This document shows, piece by piece, positions 60,313 through 64,000 of a stretch of 64,000 nt of DNA. The stretch's first letter is position 1. Every line of letters begins with the position of its first letter. A program made the position numbers and the translations under genes. The DNA comes from Aureispira anguillae. Lineage in GTDB: Bacteria > Bacteroidota > Bacteroidia > Chitinophagales > Saprospiraceae. The stretch is from the NCBI RefSeq assembly GCF_026000115.1, contig NZ_AP026867.1:2969716-3033715 (forward strand). The letters are read 5' to 3'. A model generated the notes under the pieces. The model did no database searches. It saw only the letters and a list, made by a program, of their open reading frames with translations, and was not told the DNA's origin.

Positions 60313-60886
60313 GCTATTGTTTCATTAGTCGTTAAAATTTCCAAATTTCTCATACCATTTTCAGCTTATCTATTTGGAAAATATAAAATTTTCATCTTTG
60401 CCAATCACAGCACAATCGTTTATTATTACACTATAAATAAACAAGTTACAATAAATCAAACATAAGTATAATTAAAACAATTTTTAAATTTCCATTTTCT
60501 TTTTTTCAAACAAACTAAAAGGCACCCTATTCTATCACCAATTTAAAATTCATAAATATGAAACGATCATCATTTATTGAATTCTGGGACTGTGTATATT
60601 TGTTAATAGCTGCTCTAATCCTCGTTGTATTGGTCTGCGCCTAGTTTTGAATTCAAGTAAAGAAAGAGATTGTCAAGTACTTAAGTTGTACTTGACATTT
60701 TTTTATTAAAAAATTCATTTTCATTTGGAATAACTAACACAAAAAAGCTAAAAAAATAGCCATTTAAGCTTTTTACTTCTAATTCTCATTTGGAATTTTG
60801 ATTTTTCTTGTTTTGGGTTGGTTTTAAAGGTAGGGTATATTTGTGTTAGATAAGTCAAATACAAACGAATATAAATCCTTTATACA

Positions 60887-62338
60887 ATGCGGTTATTATT
60901 ATTATTCATTGCTTCTATACTCTGTTCTAATTTAAATGCACAAAAATGCAAAGGAATAAAAAAAGCGAAAGTAGTTCTTAGAAGGCAAATCATAGCTTTT
61001 AGTAATGGTTCTCTCCCCCAAAAGAAAAAAATTAGTGATCACTCTTGCTTTAACAAAAAAAGTAACAAAAAATTTAAAGCTTTCTATAAAATATTAAAAG
61101 CCTATCATTTATGCAACAGCTCAGATTCTAATTTGGAAACAATAACCTCTCTGTATAAAGAAGCTAATAAAATTATGGATAATATTCCTCCTCCTTTAAT
61201 AAACTTCAATACAAGACCAAGAATTGGCTTTCTCAAAGCCAAAGAATCAGTTGAAGAATGTATTAGCAACAAGTTTAAAGAAAGCTCAAAAGATGAAACT
61301 TCTCAACAAATTAAAGAATTCGGGAAAGGTTTAAAACCTTTATTACCTGAAGGCTGCCCATTACCAGATATTATCAGCAAACCAAGCAATGAAAATCTAG
61401 ATCAGGTTTTTTATCTAGATGTATATATGTGTGAAGACAACCTTACTTTTGGAGACCGCCTTCACTTAGGACAGATCGGACTTCCTTTAATGTATGATAC
61501 TTTTGCTGTTTTTATGAATAATGAGATTATAAATGACTACATAAGTAGACGATCATCCTCTCGAACTGAAGCTTTATCTAATATACACATCACTATTGAA
61601 GGGCATACAGATAAAGTAATAGCTCAACAGTTGAATTATTCGCCTAAATCTTTCAGCGTTCCCAAAGGAATAGAATACACTTATGAAGAATATAATCGTA
61701 CAATTAAAATTAAAGAGCAAAAAAAAACTCTCAAACAAGACTTAGTAGATAAATTATATGGTAATGAGCAATTGGGATTAGTAAGAGCTCATGTTGCAAA
61801 AAAAATAATAGCAGCTAGAAATATTACATCTAATCCAATTATCCTAAAATCAATCCATCATACCAAACAGAAAGGTAAGGAATTTCGAAAAGCTAAAATA
61901 ATTATAGAGATTGATAGCTTTTACATTAATACACAGTTAGATATTATTTATAAACTAGCAGATAAAATTGAGGACTCAGGAAATATAGTGGACATCAGGT
62001 TTCGCAATTCAAATAAGCTCCCTAATACTCTCTCCTTCATAAAAGATACAATTACCATTGATAAAAAAAACTATACCATTGAATTCGACTTCAAACATAG
62101 CTCTCCAGGAAAATTGTTGTCAACAATTATTCTAAAGCAAAATAAACGCAAAGTTTACAATTACACAATAAAATTAACAAACCAAGATGGCAAACTTCTA
62201 CGTAACTGTCAAGCCTCTAGAGGCATGGATTGCCAGTTAAATCTTTCACGAAAAGACATCAAAGATTGCTTGGTAAAATACACTATATATGTCAATGGAA
62301 CAAAGGAAGACAGTAGTATATATTTATGTAATCAATAA
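60887..62338 (+). CDS. Secreted protein with C-proximal OmpA-like peptidoglycan-binding motif
   Basis: Signal peptide MRLLLLFIASILCSNLNAQ. The segment …ITIEGHTDKV…NEQLGLVRAHVAKKII matches the core of the OmpA/MotB C-terminal domain (GHTD…N..LS..RA..V). Confidence 0.5.
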   Translation: MRLLLLFIASILCSNLNAQKCKGIKKAKVVLRRQIIAFSNGSLPQKKKISDHSCFNKKSNKKFKAFYKILKAYHLCNSSDSNLETITSLYKEANKIMDNIPPPLINFNTRPRIGFLKAKESVEECISNKFKESSKDETSQQIKEFGKGLKPLLPEGCPLPDIISKPSNENLDQVFYLDVYMCEDNLTFGDRLHLGQIGLPLMYDTFAVFMNNEIINDYISRRSSSRTEALSNIHITIEGHTDKVIAQQLNYSPKSFSVPKGIEYTYEEYNRTIKIKEQKKTLKQDLVDKLYGNEQLGLVRAHVAKKIIAARNITSNPIILKSIHHTKQKGKEFRKAKIIIEIDSFYINTQLDIIYKLADKIEDSGNIVDIRFRNSNKLPNTLSFIKDTITIDKKNYTIEFDFKHSSPGKLLSTIILKQNKRKVYNYTIKLTNQDGKLLRNCQASRGMDCQLNLSRKDIKDCLVKYTIYVNGTKEDSSIYLCNQ

Positions 62339-62348
62339 TGAATAAATA

Positions 62349-63017
62349 ATGAAAAAAACATTTATAATCTTTCTCTTTCCTACAACTCTAGCAATCATAT
62401 GCTTGCTGGTTTATTTTTTAGGAATAAAAATTATTCCAACTAATACTGTTTCATTAGGATATAGCACAGATGGACAAAAGCTATTATTTACAGATTACAA
62501 ACAATTTAAAGACATTTACCGATTTGCTATTTTTATCCAAAAAGTAGAGGACTCTTTTTATTCTCAAGATACTACTCCTTGTTACAATTCACCTCATTGT
62601 GTCAAACTAAAACAAAGAAATAATGCCATTCTGCTCAAACTTAAAAATAGATTTGATATTAGCCAATCCATGACAAAAGAAGAAATCATTAGCGAATTTT
62701 ATGAATTCTCTTTTTGGGGACTAAAGAACCTAACTGTATGGGAAGTTAGTTTTTTAGGAGCTTCACTTTGGCTATTCTTTGCTTTTATATTGACAGGATA
62801 TTTACACTGGCAGATCAATACGAATTATTTTTTATACTTCATGAGTTGGATAGGATTAGTGTTCACTTGTTTTATCCTCATTTTCACCTATAAAGCTCGA
62901 CCATTCTTAACCCCTTATTCTACCAATTTTATAACCCAAGGTATTATAATCGGCATAACTATTCCCCTATTAGTAGAAACCATTGCATATTCTTATTCTA
63001 AGTTAACGATCAATTAA
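62349..63017 (+). CDS. Hypothetical integral membrane protein
   Basis: 222 aa with about 4 TM helices. Starts 10 nt after the OmpA-like gene, consistent with an operon. Confidence 0.4.
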   Translation: MKKTFIIFLFPTTLAIICLLVYFLGIKIIPTNTVSLGYSTDGQKLLFTDYKQFKDIYRFAIFIQKVEDSFYSQDTTPCYNSPHCVKLKQRNNAILLKLKNRFDISQSMTKEEIISEFYEFSFWGLKNLTVWEVSFLGASLWLFFAFILTGYLHWQINTNYFLYFMSWIGLVFTCFILIFTYKARPFLTPYSTNFITQGIIIGITIPLLVETIAYSYSKLTIN

Positions 63018-63443
63018 TTTAGGATTAGCACAATTATATATTTTATAACATAAAACCTTCCTTATTATGAAAAAGCAAATAGTGTCTTTATTTTTTTTAC
63101 TATTGTTTTATTGCTAACCAGTTGTGATAAAAACGAGTAAATTAATCACATAGTTAACGGAGATGCCAATACAAATGCTATCCTTACGATTATATATGTG
63201 TATTAAAACCGTATAACACAAACACTACAAGAGAAATTGAAATATTTCATTCTCGAACTATCAACATTAAACAATAAACTTCAATATTTCACCTATATAT
63301 ATTATCGATCCCCTGAGGCATTAGTCTATTTGCCATAGAACTAAGTTAAATCGTGACTATTGATAGTTGTTTTTTAGCGTCCCAATATAGTTACTTTTCC
63401 CAAAGAATTTTCTTGGCAAAAACCTTTCCCCTGCATTTTTGTT

Positions 63444-64000
63444 ATATTTGCACTATGAAAGAATTAGCCTATTTAAATAAGTATTTCCTAAAGTACAAGG
63501 GACGTTTTTTGTTGGGAATTTTGTTTATTGCTATCTCTAATTATTTTAGAGTATGGCAACCTCAAATCATTCGTTACGCCTTGGATTTGGTGATTGAAAA
63601 CGTAACCTTATACCAATTATACAACAATTTTGAGGTACAAGAAGATCTACTCACTCGTATAGGGAGCACCCTTTTCTTTTTTATGATTTTGGTGATAAGT
63701 TTTGCCTTGTTGATGGGCTTTTTTATGTTCTTTATGCGTCAAACGCTTATTGTGATGTCCCGTCTCATTGAGTACGATTTGCGAAATGAGATTTATGCGC
63801 GTTACGAAAAATTGACCCTCTCTTTTTATAAGCGCAACAATACGGGAGATTTAATGGCACGAATTACAGAAGATGTCAATCATGTAAGAACCTATTTGGG
63901 GCCTGCGATCATGTACAGCATCAACTTGACCATACTTTGCACCATGGTTGTTTACTCCATGGTACAGGTGAGCCTTACCCTCACCCTATATGCTCTAATT
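63444..64000 (+). CDS. ABC transporter ATP-binding/permease (MsbA-like exporter), N-terminal fragment continuing beyond the window
   Basis: ATG at 63444. MKELAYLNKYFLKYKGRFLLGILFIAISNYFRVWQPQIIRYALD… is the typical start of the transmembrane domain of type I ABC exporters. The ORF is still open at the window end. Confidence 0.65.

Overview
The window looks like low-GC (~38-40%) Bacteroidota chromosomal DNA. The evidence is several proteins with T9SS (Por) C-terminal sorting domains, SprB-type repeats, and lipoprotein or signal-peptide cargo genes. The conserved core is a complete histidine operon hisG-D-C-B-H-A-F-IE on the minus strand with a His-rich leader-peptide attenuator. Next to it are ftsK, a beta-oxidation pair (thiolase plus FadB/FadJ-like), thiamine genes (ThiD and two ThiE/TenI-like), and a purine-catabolism cluster (xdhA, xdhB, PuuD-type urate hydroxylase, allantoinase). 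Accessory content worth a second look: (1) a class I terpene synthase gene in a ~1 kb AT-rich, repeat-containing intergenic island, next to two tandemly duplicated small proteins; (2) a PlcP-like metallophosphoesterase, BtaB-like methyltransferase and BtaA-like (DUF3419) operon, suggesting betaine-lipid (DGTS) membrane remodelling; (3) a stand-alone class D (OXA-like) beta-lactamase; (4) three paralogous T9SS cargo genes carrying a conserved CxxCH-like motif; (5) a tail-fibre-like protein with an S74 auto-chaperone domain, downstream of a 1.3 kb non-coding region that holds a MITE-like element with 17-bp terminal inverted repeats and a related partial copy ~19 kb away. All calls were made by eye from translated ORFs and motifs. 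No database searches were run.
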